Part shown: one piece after another, positions 39,637-49,056 of the stretch
Layout: the number at the start of each line of letters is the position of its first letter
How positions within the stretch are numbered: position 1 is the stretch's first letter
Assembly: GCA_902540805.1 (NCBI GenBank)
Contig: CACBON010000003.1
Location: 23,057 to 87,056, forward strand
Length of the DNA: 64,000 bases
From: an uncultured Alphaproteobacteria bacterium
Lineage (GTDB): Bacteria > Pseudomonadota > Alphaproteobacteria > Methylaequorales > Methylaequoraceae
Direction: 5' to 3'
Made by a program: the position numbers and the translations under genes
The notes under the pieces: generated by a model
The model's database searches: none
What the model saw: the letters and a program-made list of their open reading frames with translations, nothing else
Told to the model about the DNA's origin: nothing

Positions 39637-39678
39637 ATGTTTAATATACTAACATTAAGTTTAATTTTTAAAAGATTA

Positions 39679-40401
39679 ATGAACAAGCCTGTAATTGGAA
39701 TAACGTTGGATGAGGAAGAAGAGCAAACCTATTCAAAATATCCATGGTACGCGGCTAGAAAAAATTATTCTGAATCTATCGAAATTGCAGGTGGCATATC
39801 TATTTTTTTACCAAATAATGTAAAAGCGATTAATCAATATTTAAACTTTATAGATGGACTTCTTGTAACTGGGGGAGATTTTGATATTGATCCACAAATG
39901 TATGGTCAGGAGAGAAAACCGAAATTGAGAATTAAAAATGGAAGAACAAATTTTGAATTTAAGATAACTAAAAAAGCCATCCAAAAAAAAATTCCGGTTC
40001 TTGGAATTTGCGGCGGACAACAGTTAATAAATGTTGTTCTAGGAGGAACTCTTCTTCAACATATCCCTGATGTAATAGAATCTGATATAAACCATGAGCA
40101 ACCAAATCCCAGAAATGAACCTAGTCACTTTGTTCATATAAAAAAAAATACAATACTTTTCAGTTTTGTAAAATGCTCGAAAATGTTTGTAAATTCAGCA
40201 CACCACCAAGCCGTTGATAAGTTGGGGAAAAACCTTATTGTCTCTGCGGTTTCAGAAGATGGTGTTATTGAAGCAATAGAAAGTACAAGGTCCAATTATT
40301 GTTTGGGGGTCCAGTGGCATCCAGAATTTCTTATTGACAACAAGGACATTAATGTAATTAAGTCATTAATAACATCAGCCAAGAAAAAAATTGACAAATA
40401 A
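39679..40401 (+). CDS. Class I glutamine amidotransferase, gamma-glutamyl-GABA hydrolase (PuuD/peptidase C26) family
   Basis: MNKPVIGIT at the N-terminus, the nucleophile elbow GICGGQQ, and the motifs HHQA and QWHPE are present. The ATG at 39679 is preferred over the tracked 39637. Confidence 0.8.
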   Translation: MNKPVIGITLDEEEEQTYSKYPWYAARKNYSESIEIAGGISIFLPNNVKAINQYLNFIDGLLVTGGDFDIDPQMYGQERKPKLRIKNGRTNFEFKITKKAIQKKIPVLGICGGQQLINVVLGGTLLQHIPDVIESDINHEQPNPRNEPSHFVHIKKNTILFSFVKCSKMFVNSAHHQAVDKLGKNLIVSAVSEDGVIEAIESTRSNYCLGVQWHPEFLIDNKDINVIKSLITSAKKKIDK

Positions 40402-41140
40402 ATTAATTCGGTTGTCTAAATTAATCTCACATGCGGGAATCTGTTCAAGGAAAAATGCAGAATTTTTAATAAAAAATGGTGACGTTAAAATTAACGATAA
40501 TGTCTTTAAAGAATTTTTTATTGAGAAAAGTCTTATAAAATCCATTAAAGTAAAAGACAAACCATTAACTAATATTAAAACGAGGGTTTGGATTTTAAAT
40601 AAACCTGTAGGTTATGTTTCGTCTAATAAAGAACAATTTTCGCAAAAAAGCTTGTTTAGATTAGTTCCTAAAGAACTTCCAAGAGTTGTTTCCGTTGGAA
40701 GGTTAGATATAAAATCTGAGGGTTTATTACTATTAACTACGAATCCGAAGCTTTCTTCGTATCTTGAAGATCCAAGTAATAAAATTGAAAGAAGATATAT
40801 TGTCAAAGTTTCGGGAAAAATTCCTGAAAATTTAGATAAATTGGTTGAGGGTCAATTTTTAGTTGATGGTATTTTGTATAATGAAATTAAAATAAAATTA
40901 TCGAATAATGAAGAAAAAAATATGATGGAAGTTAAATTAACTGAAGGTAAAAATAGAGAAATAAGAAAAGTTCTTAATTACTTTAATCTCAAAGTTCAAA
41001 AATTGAAAAGGATAAGTTTTGGACCTTTTGAATTAAATGACATTGGAATTGGAAATTTAGTTGAAATAGAAATCAAATTTTTAGATAAATTACTCAATTC
41101 AATAGGGTTTACTGATGAGAATAATTTCAGGCAAATTTAA
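40391..41140 (+). CDS. Pseudouridine synthase, RsuA/RluB family
   Basis: It has an N-terminal S4 domain (RLSK.IS.AG.CSR..AE..I..G.V.IN) and the catalytic GRLD motif. Start is TTG. Confidence 0.85.
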   Translation: MTNKLIRLSKLISHAGICSRKNAEFLIKNGDVKINDNVFKEFFIEKSLIKSIKVKDKPLTNIKTRVWILNKPVGYVSSNKEQFSQKSLFRLVPKELPRVVSVGRLDIKSEGLLLLTTNPKLSSYLEDPSNKIERRYIVKVSGKIPENLDKLVEGQFLVDGILYNEIKIKLSNNEEKNMMEVKLTEGKNREIRKVLNYFNLKVQKLKRISFGPFELNDIGIGNLVEIEIKFLDKLLNSIGFTDENNFRQI

Positions 41141-41672
41141 AACACGATTAATTAAAACACCATCTAATAATTCAATTCGTCCAACATCTGACAGAGCAAG
41201 AGAGATGATTTTTAATACACTAAACTCTCTTCTCATAAAAGAAAAAAAAAAAATTACTGGACAAGCAATAATTGATTTTTTTTGCGGTACTGGTGCCTTA
41301 GGGATAGAAGCTCTGTCTAGAGGAGCTGAGCATGTAACCTTTATTGACTCTTCAAATGAATCATTAAATTTATGTAGAAAAAACTGTCAGGAATTGAAGA
41401 TAATTCAAAATGTTAAAATAGTTAAACTAGACATTATAAAAGATAAATTTCCCAAATTTAAAGATAAATTTGATCTTTTTTTTTGCGATCCACCCTATCA
41501 AAAATATTCACTGGAATTAATTATAGAAAAGATAAATTTTTTAATGAAAAAAAATTCTTTTGGTGTACTTGAGTTCGGAGAAAAAATAACTGATTTAAAT
41601 TTTGATTCATTTGAAATTATGAAGACAAAAAAAATATCAAAATCGAAATTTCTTTTTGTAAAAAAAATATAA
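41115..41672 (+). CDS. rsmD: 16S rRNA (guanine966-N2)-methyltransferase RsmD
   Basis: MRIISGKFK.R.I......IRPTSDR.RE..FN, the SAM motif D.FCGTGALG.EALSRGA, and DPPY are present. Confidence 0.88.
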   Translation: MRIISGKFKTRLIKTPSNNSIRPTSDRAREMIFNTLNSLLIKEKKKITGQAIIDFFCGTGALGIEALSRGAEHVTFIDSSNESLNLCRKNCQELKIIQNVKIVKLDIIKDKFPKFKDKFDLFFCDPPYQKYSLELIIEKINFLMKKNSFGVLEFGEKITDLNFDSFEIMKTKKISKSKFLFVKKI

Positions 41673-41673
41673 C

Positions 41674-43416
41674 TTATTTTCTTCCGAATAATTTTTCTAT
41701 CTCTACGATATTTAATTTTATAAAAGTTGGTCTTCCATGATTACATTGTCCAGAATTTTTTGTATTTTCCATTTTTCTTAATAAGTCGTTCATTTCTTCA
41801 ACTTCAAGCTTTCTTCCAGATCTTATTGAACCATGACATGCAATTGTTGAGCAAATTTTATTAACTTCTGTTTCCAAATAACTTAAAGAGTTCTCATTTG
41901 TCATATCATTAATAATAGCATCTACAAGGTTTTTGACGTTACAATCTGAAACTAAGGCTGGTATTTCTCTCACAATTACCGAATTTGATCCAAATACATC
42001 TATTTTTAATCCAAACTTTCCTAGGTTTTCCAATTTTTTTTCATAATCTTTTATTATTAGATTGTCTAAATTTAAAATAATAGGAATTAATAAAAGTTGA
42101 GTTTTAATTTTATTTTCATAATAATCTTTCTTTAAACTTTCATATACAATCCTTTCATGAGCTGCATGCTGGTCTACTATTATTATTCCCTCTTCAGTTT
42201 CTGATATAATATAATTAGCATGAAACTGACTTTTAGCGTGTCCTAAGGGATAGAACTGCTCAGGCTTATTTGACTCCTGCAATGAATCATAATTATTATT
42301 TATTTCATAATTAGAATAATTTGTTTCTTTTAGTTTTATTTTCTCCTGAAAACAATTTACATTGTTTTCCTCAACTAGCGGTGTTGATGATTTTAATTTA
42401 TTATTTTCATAACCTATTTTTTCAAATGAATCTCTAAATGTTTTAATAATAAATGATTTAAGTAAATTAAAGTCACTAAATCTCACCTCATTTTTCATCG
42501 GATGCACATTTACATCAACCCAGTCGTGTGGACACTTTATATTTAGAATAAGCTGCGGAAATCTGTCATGAAACATTACATCTTTGTATGCAACCCTGAA
42601 AATTGTATTCAAAGTCTTGTCATTAATTACTCTTCCGTTAACAAAAACAAATTGATTATTAGAGTTTGAATAATTAAAAGTTGGATATCCAAGGAGACCA
42701 GAGAGTGAAATAAATTCAGAATGTGCTTCGAGATCGATTGAATTTTCAATAAAATCTGTCCCTAATATCTGATTTACCCTATCAAAAAATCTGTTTTTTA
42801 CTTCTCTATCTTTTGATATAGATGTCTTGATTGTAATTTTGTTATTTAAATAAAGATTAAATTCTTTATCAAAATGAATTATAGCAAAATTTTGAATAAG
42901 TCTTTTAATAAGAATAGATTCGTAGTTTTCAGATTTAAGAAATTTTAATCTTGCTGGTGTTGAAAAGAATAAATTTCTTACTTTAACACAAGTTCCCTTT
43001 TTCTGATTTATAGGTTTTACATATTTAACTTTACCTGAAACTATTTTAATCTCGTAACCCTCTGAATTATTTTTCTGATTAGAACTTATGGAAAAGTCTG
43101 AAACAGATGCTATCGAAGACAATGCTTCACCCCTAAAGCCCATTGTTTTAATACAATTTAAATTTGATGAATTTAGTTTCGAAGTTGTGTGACGTAGAAC
43201 GGCTTTTTCTAATTCATCTTTTTTTATACCCCGACCGTCATCTAAAACTGTTATGTTACTTTTACCGCCGTTCCCTATTAAAATATCGATTTTCTTGGCC
43301 CCAGCATCAATACTATTTTCTACCAATTCTTTAACAGCCGATGCGGGTCTTTCTAAAACTTCTCCAGCTGCAATCTTATTAATTAAACTGTCTGATAATA
43401 ATTTGATCTCACTCAT
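41674..43416 (-). CDS. mutL: DNA mismatch repair protein MutL
   Basis: IAAGEV.ERPAS.VKELVENS.DAG and GFRGEAL are present. The C-terminal endonuclease region contains DQHAAHERI and the CNHGRPT-like QCNHGRPT. Confidence 0.93.
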   Translation of the reverse strand: MSEIKLLSDSLINKIAAGEVLERPASAVKELVENSIDAGAKKIDILIGNGGKSNITVLDDGRGIKKDELEKAVLRHTTSKLNSSNLNCIKTMGFRGEALSSIASVSDFSISSNQKNNSEGYEIKIVSGKVKYVKPINQKKGTCVKVRNLFFSTPARLKFLKSENYESILIKRLIQNFAIIHFDKEFNLYLNNKITIKTSISKDREVKNRFFDRVNQILGTDFIENSIDLEAHSEFISLSGLLGYPTFNYSNSNNQFVFVNGRVINDKTLNTIFRVAYKDVMFHDRFPQLILNIKCPHDWVDVNVHPMKNEVRFSDFNLLKSFIIKTFRDSFEKIGYENNKLKSSTPLVEENNVNCFQEKIKLKETNYSNYEINNNYDSLQESNKPEQFYPLGHAKSQFHANYIISETEEGIIIVDQHAAHERIVYESLKKDYYENKIKTQLLLIPIILNLDNLIIKDYEKKLENLGKFGLKIDVFGSNSVIVREIPALVSDCNVKNLVDAIINDMTNENSLSYLETEVNKICSTIACHGSIRSGRKLEVEEMNDLLRKMENTKNSGQCNHGRPTFIKLNIVEIEKLFGRK

Positions 43417-44656
43417 TATATTTAAGAAATCTTTTAGTTAATTTTTTCCCCTCTTCCACCGCAGGCTGGTCAAATGGATTTACCTCTAGCAAGAAACAAC
43501 TAAAGATTGTTTCTATAAAAAAAAACATCATTAGACTTCCAATGTATTTCTCATTGTAGGACTCCAAAGTTATTCTTCTAATAGGTATTTTTTTATTACT
43601 GATAGTTTTAATGGTTGCGTTCATCTCTGCATTGAGTAGTTCTTCTAATGATTTCTGATGAAGATCTTGAAATGTTTTAGATTTAGAATAATGACAATCT
43701 AATTTTGTAACACTCTTGTCTCTTGCTTTTTCAATAAATGTAAAAAACTTATCTTTTGGACCATCTAAATAAAGTTGTAGCTGACTATGCTGATCAACTG
43801 TTCCTAAAGCATTTACTGGAGTTATACCTTTACCTTTTTTTCCAATACTTTCAGCCCATAGTTGTCTGTACCAAAATGATAAATTGTTTAATGAATCATG
43901 GTATGGCATTACTATTGACATATTCACACCTTTTTTTTTTAGATCAATTAAATTTGAAATAGGGGTAAAGTAATAATCAAAATTATTTTCATTTTCTATT
44001 TCCTTTAAAAAACTTTTACCTCCATTACAAAAGCGCTTTATGTCAAAACCAATGGTTTTTGATGGTATTAAACCAACAATTGAGAAAACAGAATATCGTC
44101 CCCCAATATCAATCGGATGCGGATAAAAATCTAAATTTTCACTCTCCTGAATTTCTTTCAGTGTGCTTTGTTTATCTTCAGTGATAATGAAAAATCTTTT
44201 TTTTATAGAAATTTTTTTTTTCTTAAATTCATTTAATACAAAGAAAAACTGCGCAATTGTTTCAATTGTTTCACCTGACTTTGATGTAACAACACAAGCT
44301 GAATTTTTTAAATCTACATTTTGTAGCAAACCATGTATTGACGATGAATCAATATTTTCTACAAAAAAAACTCTAGGTCTGGTCGCATTTATAAAAATAT
44401 TATCCATCAATGAAACTAGTGTTTTGCCACCTAGGCTAGAACCACCTGTTCCTAAAAATAAAACGTTTTCGAATTTTTGAAGTTTTTCAGAAAATTGATA
44501 AATGTCTGAGAAATCTTTTTGATGCAAATCTTGAATAAAACCAAAAGATTTTTTTTTTATTAATTCTAATATTTTGATTTTTGACTTTGTATATTTCTGT
44601 TTTTGTGTTTTTTTTACTTTTTTTTCTAAATTAAATGTCTCTTGTAAAAAAATCAT
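43409..44656 (-). CDS. pgi: Glucose-6-phosphate isomerase (short bacterial form)
   Basis: GTGGSSLGG, SKSGET.ET, GGRYS, DQHSQLQLYLDGP and FDQPAVE.GK are present. Confidence 0.85.
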   Translation of the reverse strand: MIFLQETFNLEKKVKKTQKQKYTKSKIKILELIKKKSFGFIQDLHQKDFSDIYQFSEKLQKFENVLFLGTGGSSLGGKTLVSLMDNIFINATRPRVFFVENIDSSSIHGLLQNVDLKNSACVVTSKSGETIETIAQFFFVLNEFKKKKISIKKRFFIITEDKQSTLKEIQESENLDFYPHPIDIGGRYSVFSIVGLIPSKTIGFDIKRFCNGGKSFLKEIENENNFDYYFTPISNLIDLKKKGVNMSIVMPYHDSLNNLSFWYRQLWAESIGKKGKGITPVNALGTVDQHSQLQLYLDGPKDKFFTFIEKARDKSVTKLDCHYSKSKTFQDLHQKSLEELLNAEMNATIKTISNKKIPIRRITLESYNEKYIGSLMMFFFIETIFSCFLLEVNPFDQPAVEEGKKLTKRFLKYNE

Positions 44657-45942
44657 TTCTTTTCTGGCTCTCCGACAATCATAAAAAACAATTTTTCATT
44701 TGAGAAATATTCTGAAATTATACCATTCACTTTTTCTAGATTTAGACTATTTATGATTTTCTCTCTTTTAATAAAATAATCGGCTCCAAGCTCATAATAT
44801 TGAACAACTTGTAATAATCTTGCTATCGATAGAGTGCTTGTAAAATTCCTCGTAAAAGATCCATTAAAATAAGCTTTAGCATTGTCTAACTCGCTTTTTG
44901 TAATTCCACGTTTATTAAGTTTTTTCCATTCATTTTTTACATTTTCAATAGTTTTAAAGACAGATTTGTTCCTTGTTTGAAAGCCCCCAATAATTACACC
45001 ATCATTTTCGTAAGACAATAAATATGAATAAATTGAATAAACAAGACCTTTTTTTTCCCTGATATTTTTATAAAGACGAGATTGAAATCCACCACCACCC
45101 AAAATATAGTTCGCAATTCTAAGTGCAAAAAAATTTTCATTATTTCTTTCTAATCCAGGGTGACCAAATAAAACACTAGACTGTGGTGTTTTCATTTCAA
45201 ACATTTTTTGCCCAACAGATAGAGCATTAAATTGTTTAATTGAATAATTTTGTTGATTGTCTTTTAATTCCCCGAAAACAAGTTCAATATATTTTTTTAT
45301 TTTATTAACATTTATATTGCCGGCAACACCAATTACTAAATTATTCTTTACAAAAGATCTTTTATGAAAGTTTACTAAATCAGTTCTTGTAATGTTTTTA
45401 ATTGATTCTTCCGATCCTTTTATGTTATTTGAGAAAACATGATCTTTAAAAAAGTGTTGATTAAATTTGTTTGAAGCTAAAGTTGATAAATCAGATTCAT
45501 CAATTTTTATACTAGATATAACCTGTCTCTTAACTCTGTTAATATCCACTTCATTAAAGCTTGGATGATTTAAAGCTTCGTAAAATAAATCAAAACCATC
45601 CTTGGCCTGAGCTGAAATAATTTGAAATACACCGTCAATCTTATCTTTCTGTGTACTAAAGCTTAACTTCATTCCATTCATTTTCATTTCGTTTTTGAAT
45701 TGCTTTGAAGTTAAATTACGAGTGCCTTCGTCCAGAAGAGATGTCATCAAATTTGAAATACCATTTTTGTCTTTAATATCAATTGAACTCCCTCCCCTAA
45801 AACTAAAACTTACACTGACAATTGGTATTGATTTATCCTCGACAAACCAAAATTCAATTCCAGAATTTGTTTTAAGATTTTTATATTCAAAAGCATCTAA
45901 GTTTTTGAATATTAATAAAAAAAATAAAAAAATAAATCTCAA
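44653..45942 (-). CDS. M16-family peptidase subunit, non-catalytic (HxxEH motif lost)
   Basis: It has the insulinase fold and a signal peptide. At the position of the zinc motif the sequence is GISNLMTSLLDEGT rather than HxxEH. Confidence 0.8.
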   Translation of the reverse strand: MRFIFLFFLLIFKNLDAFEYKNLKTNSGIEFWFVEDKSIPIVSVSFSFRGGSSIDIKDKNGISNLMTSLLDEGTRNLTSKQFKNEMKMNGMKLSFSTQKDKIDGVFQIISAQAKDGFDLFYEALNHPSFNEVDINRVKRQVISSIKIDESDLSTLASNKFNQHFFKDHVFSNNIKGSEESIKNITRTDLVNFHKRSFVKNNLVIGVAGNINVNKIKKYIELVFGELKDNQQNYSIKQFNALSVGQKMFEMKTPQSSVLFGHPGLERNNENFFALRIANYILGGGGFQSRLYKNIREKKGLVYSIYSYLLSYENDGVIIGGFQTRNKSVFKTIENVKNEWKKLNKRGITKSELDNAKAYFNGSFTRNFTSTLSIARLLQVVQYYELGADYFIKREKIINSLNLEKVNGIISEYFSNEKLFFMIVGEPEKK

Positions 45943-47249
45943 TTCTTCAAGTTTCCTGTAACAAAATTTCTATTTTTTGAAAATTCTTTTAATTCTTTTT
46001 TTACCATTTCCAGATTTATCTTATCAAGTTTGTCATTCCAATTTTCAATATCATCCAGACTTAAACCAATAGTTAATGCTTCTCCTATAATTTCAGCAGG
46101 TTTTAAAATTCCGTCCATGCCGTAAATACTATCAAAGTAATATTTCTTCTTTTCTAAGATTAATTTTTCTTCAGAGATACCCTCATCTATGGCTTGAACT
46201 ATAAATTTATCCAACAAGTCACTTATTTCAGACTGTTCAACTTTCTTATTGGGTATTGCGTAAAAATAAATATATCCGTTTCCTTTTGTTAAACCTTGAA
46301 AAAAACCTCCCACCATTGAAAAAATTTTTTTTTTATTTACAAACTCTTCGTACAATAAACTAGAAGTCCCTCCGGCAAGAATTTTCATTCCTAAATCTAA
46401 TGCAATTGACTGAGTCACTGAGTCATTATAAGACTTTGTTCTATATATTCTCTTCCATATTTGTTGCTTCACATTTTCATTGCTTAGCTCAACATTTGTA
46501 GAAGTTTTTAGATCAGGATTATTTAATTTATTAAGTTTAATATTTTGTGAAGATTTTATAGATTTGTAATATTTATTTACTAATTTTTTTGCATTTTTAA
46601 ATTTTATATCTCCTGACAAAATTAAAATAGCGTTGTTGGGGTTATAATTTTCTTTATAAAAATCGATTACATCATCATAAGAGAGATTTTCGATTTCGTG
46701 CTTCCAACCAATTATAGGTCGACCATAATAATCATTTGGAAATAATACGGTTCTCATAGATTCGTCAAGTTGGGCAGAAGGATCACTCTCAATTCTTTGA
46801 AATCTTTCTTCTAAAATTACTTTTTTCTCAATTTCCACATTCTTTGTAGTTAGAGTTAAGTTGTTCATTCTGTCAGCTTCGAGTTCGATAATTTTTTCCA
46901 AATGTTGACTTGGGAAAATTTGGTAATACGCCGTATAATCGTAACTTGTAAATGCATTCTCACTACCACCTATTTTTGAAAGATAATCTGAATAATAACT
47001 ATTTGGGAATTTCTTTGTTCCTTTAAACATAAGATGCTCCATAAAATGAGCTAAACCACTTTTACCTCTTTGTTCTATATTCGATCCGAAATTATACCAC
47101 ATCATTTGAGCAACGACAGGAGCTCTTGGGTTTTCTACAACAATTAATCTCAATCCATTTTCCAAAGTAGTTGATTTAGCATTGAAATTTATGTTTGATT
47201 TGGATTCAAAGCAAAATAGTAGAATGAATAAAATCCCAACTATCTTCAT
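45939..47249 (-). CDS. M16-family zinc peptidase (catalytic subunit)
   Basis: It has a signal peptide and an intact inverted zinc motif, GLAHFMEHLMFKGT. It overlaps the downstream M16 paralogue by 4 nt. Confidence 0.85.
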   Translation of the reverse strand: MKIVGILFILLFCFESKSNINFNAKSTTLENGLRLIVVENPRAPVVAQMMWYNFGSNIEQRGKSGLAHFMEHLMFKGTKKFPNSYYSDYLSKIGGSENAFTSYDYTAYYQIFPSQHLEKIIELEADRMNNLTLTTKNVEIEKKVILEERFQRIESDPSAQLDESMRTVLFPNDYYGRPIIGWKHEIENLSYDDVIDFYKENYNPNNAILILSGDIKFKNAKKLVNKYYKSIKSSQNIKLNKLNNPDLKTSTNVELSNENVKQQIWKRIYRTKSYNDSVTQSIALDLGMKILAGGTSSLLYEEFVNKKKIFSMVGGFFQGLTKGNGYIYFYAIPNKKVEQSEISDLLDKFIVQAIDEGISEEKLILEKKKYYFDSIYGMDGILKPAEIIGEALTIGLSLDDIENWNDKLDKINLEMVKKELKEFSKNRNFVTGNLKN

Positions 47250-47855
47250 TTAATCAATTATTGGTAAGTTTTCTAAATTCTGAAAATTTGAATCCATTGG
47301 AATGGATTCTATTCTATTGGCTTTTTCAATATATTGTTGTTGTGGTCTTAAAAAGGAAGTTATGTTTTGATCAGGTAAATATCTTCTGGAAAAATTATAA
47401 CCCTTATCGTAAATAGGTCTGTAATAAAGATTTCCTTGTTTAAAGCCTTGTATATATTGACCGTACACCCACTGTCCAATTGTAAATTTTTTGTTCTCTT
47501 TAAATCTTTCGAGTGAGTCAGAAGGAGTTGGTGATGATTCAGTATTTATTCTGGGAGCAATATAATTTGTCACACGAGGTTGGATGCTTTGATATTGTGG
47601 TTGCTGAAAATTATTGTTAATATCTGGCGTTTGATTGATAACTTTTTCATTTCTATATTTATTTCTTTTAGCAACTTTTCCAAAATCTGGGGGAAGAACC
47701 AATTCGGGCGTTTCTTCAAATAAATCTATTTCAAGGTCAGGTTTATTTAAACCGGCGATATCTTGAAGAGTTTCACAAGAGTTTAATACAAATACAGAAA
47801 AGATAAGAAAATACTTAAAGCAGTTATTAGTCATAATCATCACACATAAATCCAC
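47250..47855 (-). CDS. Hypothetical lipoprotein (possible DUF3035/BamF-like), Q/N/P/Y-rich
   Basis: The lipobox-like sequence is FSVFVLNSC. The likely start is the ATG at 47840 or 47834, which overlaps the upstream stop. The N-terminal segment is PDLEIDLFEETPELVLPPDF. I did not recognise an enzymatic domain. Confidence 0.55.
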   Translation of the reverse strand: MDLCVMIMTNNCFKYFLIFSVFVLNSCETLQDIAGLNKPDLEIDLFEETPELVLPPDFGKVAKRNKYRNEKVINQTPDINNNFQQPQYQSIQPRVTNYIAPRINTESSPTPSDSLERFKENKKFTIGQWVYGQYIQGFKQGNLYYRPIYDKGYNFSRRYLPDQNITSFLRPQQQYIEKANRIESIPMDSNFQNLENLPIID

Positions 47856-48501
47856 CGTTTACGTAATCTTCAATTACTCTAACACAATCATTTTGTATTC
47901 CAAATAATTCCATTTCTTCTTCGAGTGTTATAGTTGGTTTAGCATTTTGGTTTATAACATCTGAATTCTGCCTAGGCGCCAAATTGTTCATATTTGGATT
48001 AAATGATCTAGGCATTTCAAGGTTATTTGAATATGAATAAGGAAGTGGGGCTACTTGATCAATTGAATACTGAGGAAAAGGTGGAGGAGGTGGAGCTGGC
48101 ATTGGAGTTCCATTAGGTCCCACATAATAGTATTGTCTCTGGCTCCTGTAAATTGGGTCATAGTAAGGTTGAGCATTAACTTGAGGTTGAAAGCTCTGTT
48201 GATTGTTTAGATTTTGTTCCTGACTTAATCCAGGTTCAAAGTAACTCTCATCTGGAATAGCATACTCTGGAACTTCTACCGCTTCCTCAATTATTACAGC
48301 TTCGCTTTGCTCTGGCTCGTCCTCATCCCAGAAATTAACAGAATCATAGATAAAGTCACCAGCTTCACTTATGGAATCTAATGTTGAGTCGACAGTGGAC
48401 TCGATTGTTGAACATGATTGCACAAGTATAAGAATCATTGATATAGTCAATGTTCTAAATGTACGTAAGATTTGCATAATTATACTATATATAGTGTTCA
48501 A
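47827..48501 (-). CDS. Hypothetical lipoprotein, acidic N-region plus Q/N/P/Y-rich centre
   Basis: The likely start is the ATG at 48477 (MQILRTFRTLTISMILILVQSC), with the lipobox-like sequence LVQSC. It contains the PAPPPPPFP tract and two C-terminal Cys residues. I recognised no family. Confidence 0.55.
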   Translation of the reverse strand: MNTIYSIIMQILRTFRTLTISMILILVQSCSTIESTVDSTLDSISEAGDFIYDSVNFWDEDEPEQSEAVIIEEAVEVPEYAIPDESYFEPGLSQEQNLNNQQSFQPQVNAQPYYDPIYRSQRQYYYVGPNGTPMPAPPPPPFPQYSIDQVAPLPYSYSNNLEMPRSFNPNMNNLAPRQNSDVINQNAKPTITLEEEMELFGIQNDCVRVIEDYVNGGFMCDDYD

Positions 48502-48508
48502 TTAAACA

Positions 48509-48536
48509 TTAATACAAACATTTTGTTGCTTGTAAA
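48509..48536 (-). promoter_or_regulatory. Candidate sigma70-type promoter for the lipoprotein-M16-pgi-mutL chain
   Basis: On the minus strand the sequence reads TTTACA-16 nt-TATTAA (plus strand: tgtaaa at 48531-48536, ttaata at 48509-48514). It lies in the only sizeable gap (about 90 nt) of this gene chain. The call rests on a sequence match only, in AT-rich DNA. Confidence 0.25.
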
Positions 48537-48591
48537 ATATATAAATAACATTAGTTTATGACTTTGAAAAGCATAATTCTCAATTATTTTC

Positions 48592-49056
48592 TTATTTAAA
48601 AAAAAATAATTTAATAAAAAAAAATATAGCTCCCACTGTTATAAACGAGTCAGCAAAGTTAAATGCCGGCCAATGAAAATTTCTATAATAAAGATCAATA
48701 AAATCAATTACATAACCAACAAATAATCTATCAATACCATTCCCAATTGCTCCACCTAAAATTAATGACAATCCAATTAATTCCAACTTACTTTCAGACT
48801 TTACTATCAGAAAGATTACATACAAGCTAATCGCAAAAGACAATATTCCCAGCAAAAAAGGAATATTATACTCTGAAAGCATTCCAAAACTGATACCTTT
48901 ATTTTCAACATAAACTATATTCAAAATGTCAAAAGACGACACTTTCATTGGAAGTAAGAACTTATAGTTTAAAATTAACGATTTTGAAATTTGATCAAGA
49001 ATCACTGCAATCGAAGAAATTGTAAAAGCTAAAATAAAATCTTTGTTAATTTTCAT
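48592..49056 (-). CDS. lspA: Lipoprotein signal peptidase (signal peptidase II)
   Basis: It has four TM segments and the motifs N.G.SFG, GGA.GN..DR and FN.AD. It overlaps the ileS stop by 11 nt. Confidence 0.9.
   Translation of the reverse strand: MKINKDFILAFTISSIAVILDQISKSLILNYKFLLPMKVSSFDILNIVYVENKGISFGMLSEYNIPFLLGILSFAISLYVIFLIVKSESKLELIGLSLILGGAIGNGIDRLFVGYVIDFIDLYYRNFHWPAFNFADSFITVGAIFFFIKLFFFK

Noticed and set aside
39634-39639. Back-to-back start codons (CATATG) for the cyclophilin-like gene and the amidotransferase, implying a zero-length divergent spacer.
   Set aside because: The amidotransferase family normally begins right at M..P.IGIT. The ATG at 39679 (MNKPVIGIT) fits and restores a 42-nt spacer. 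The tracked N-terminal extension (MFNILTLSLIFKRL) looks spurious.
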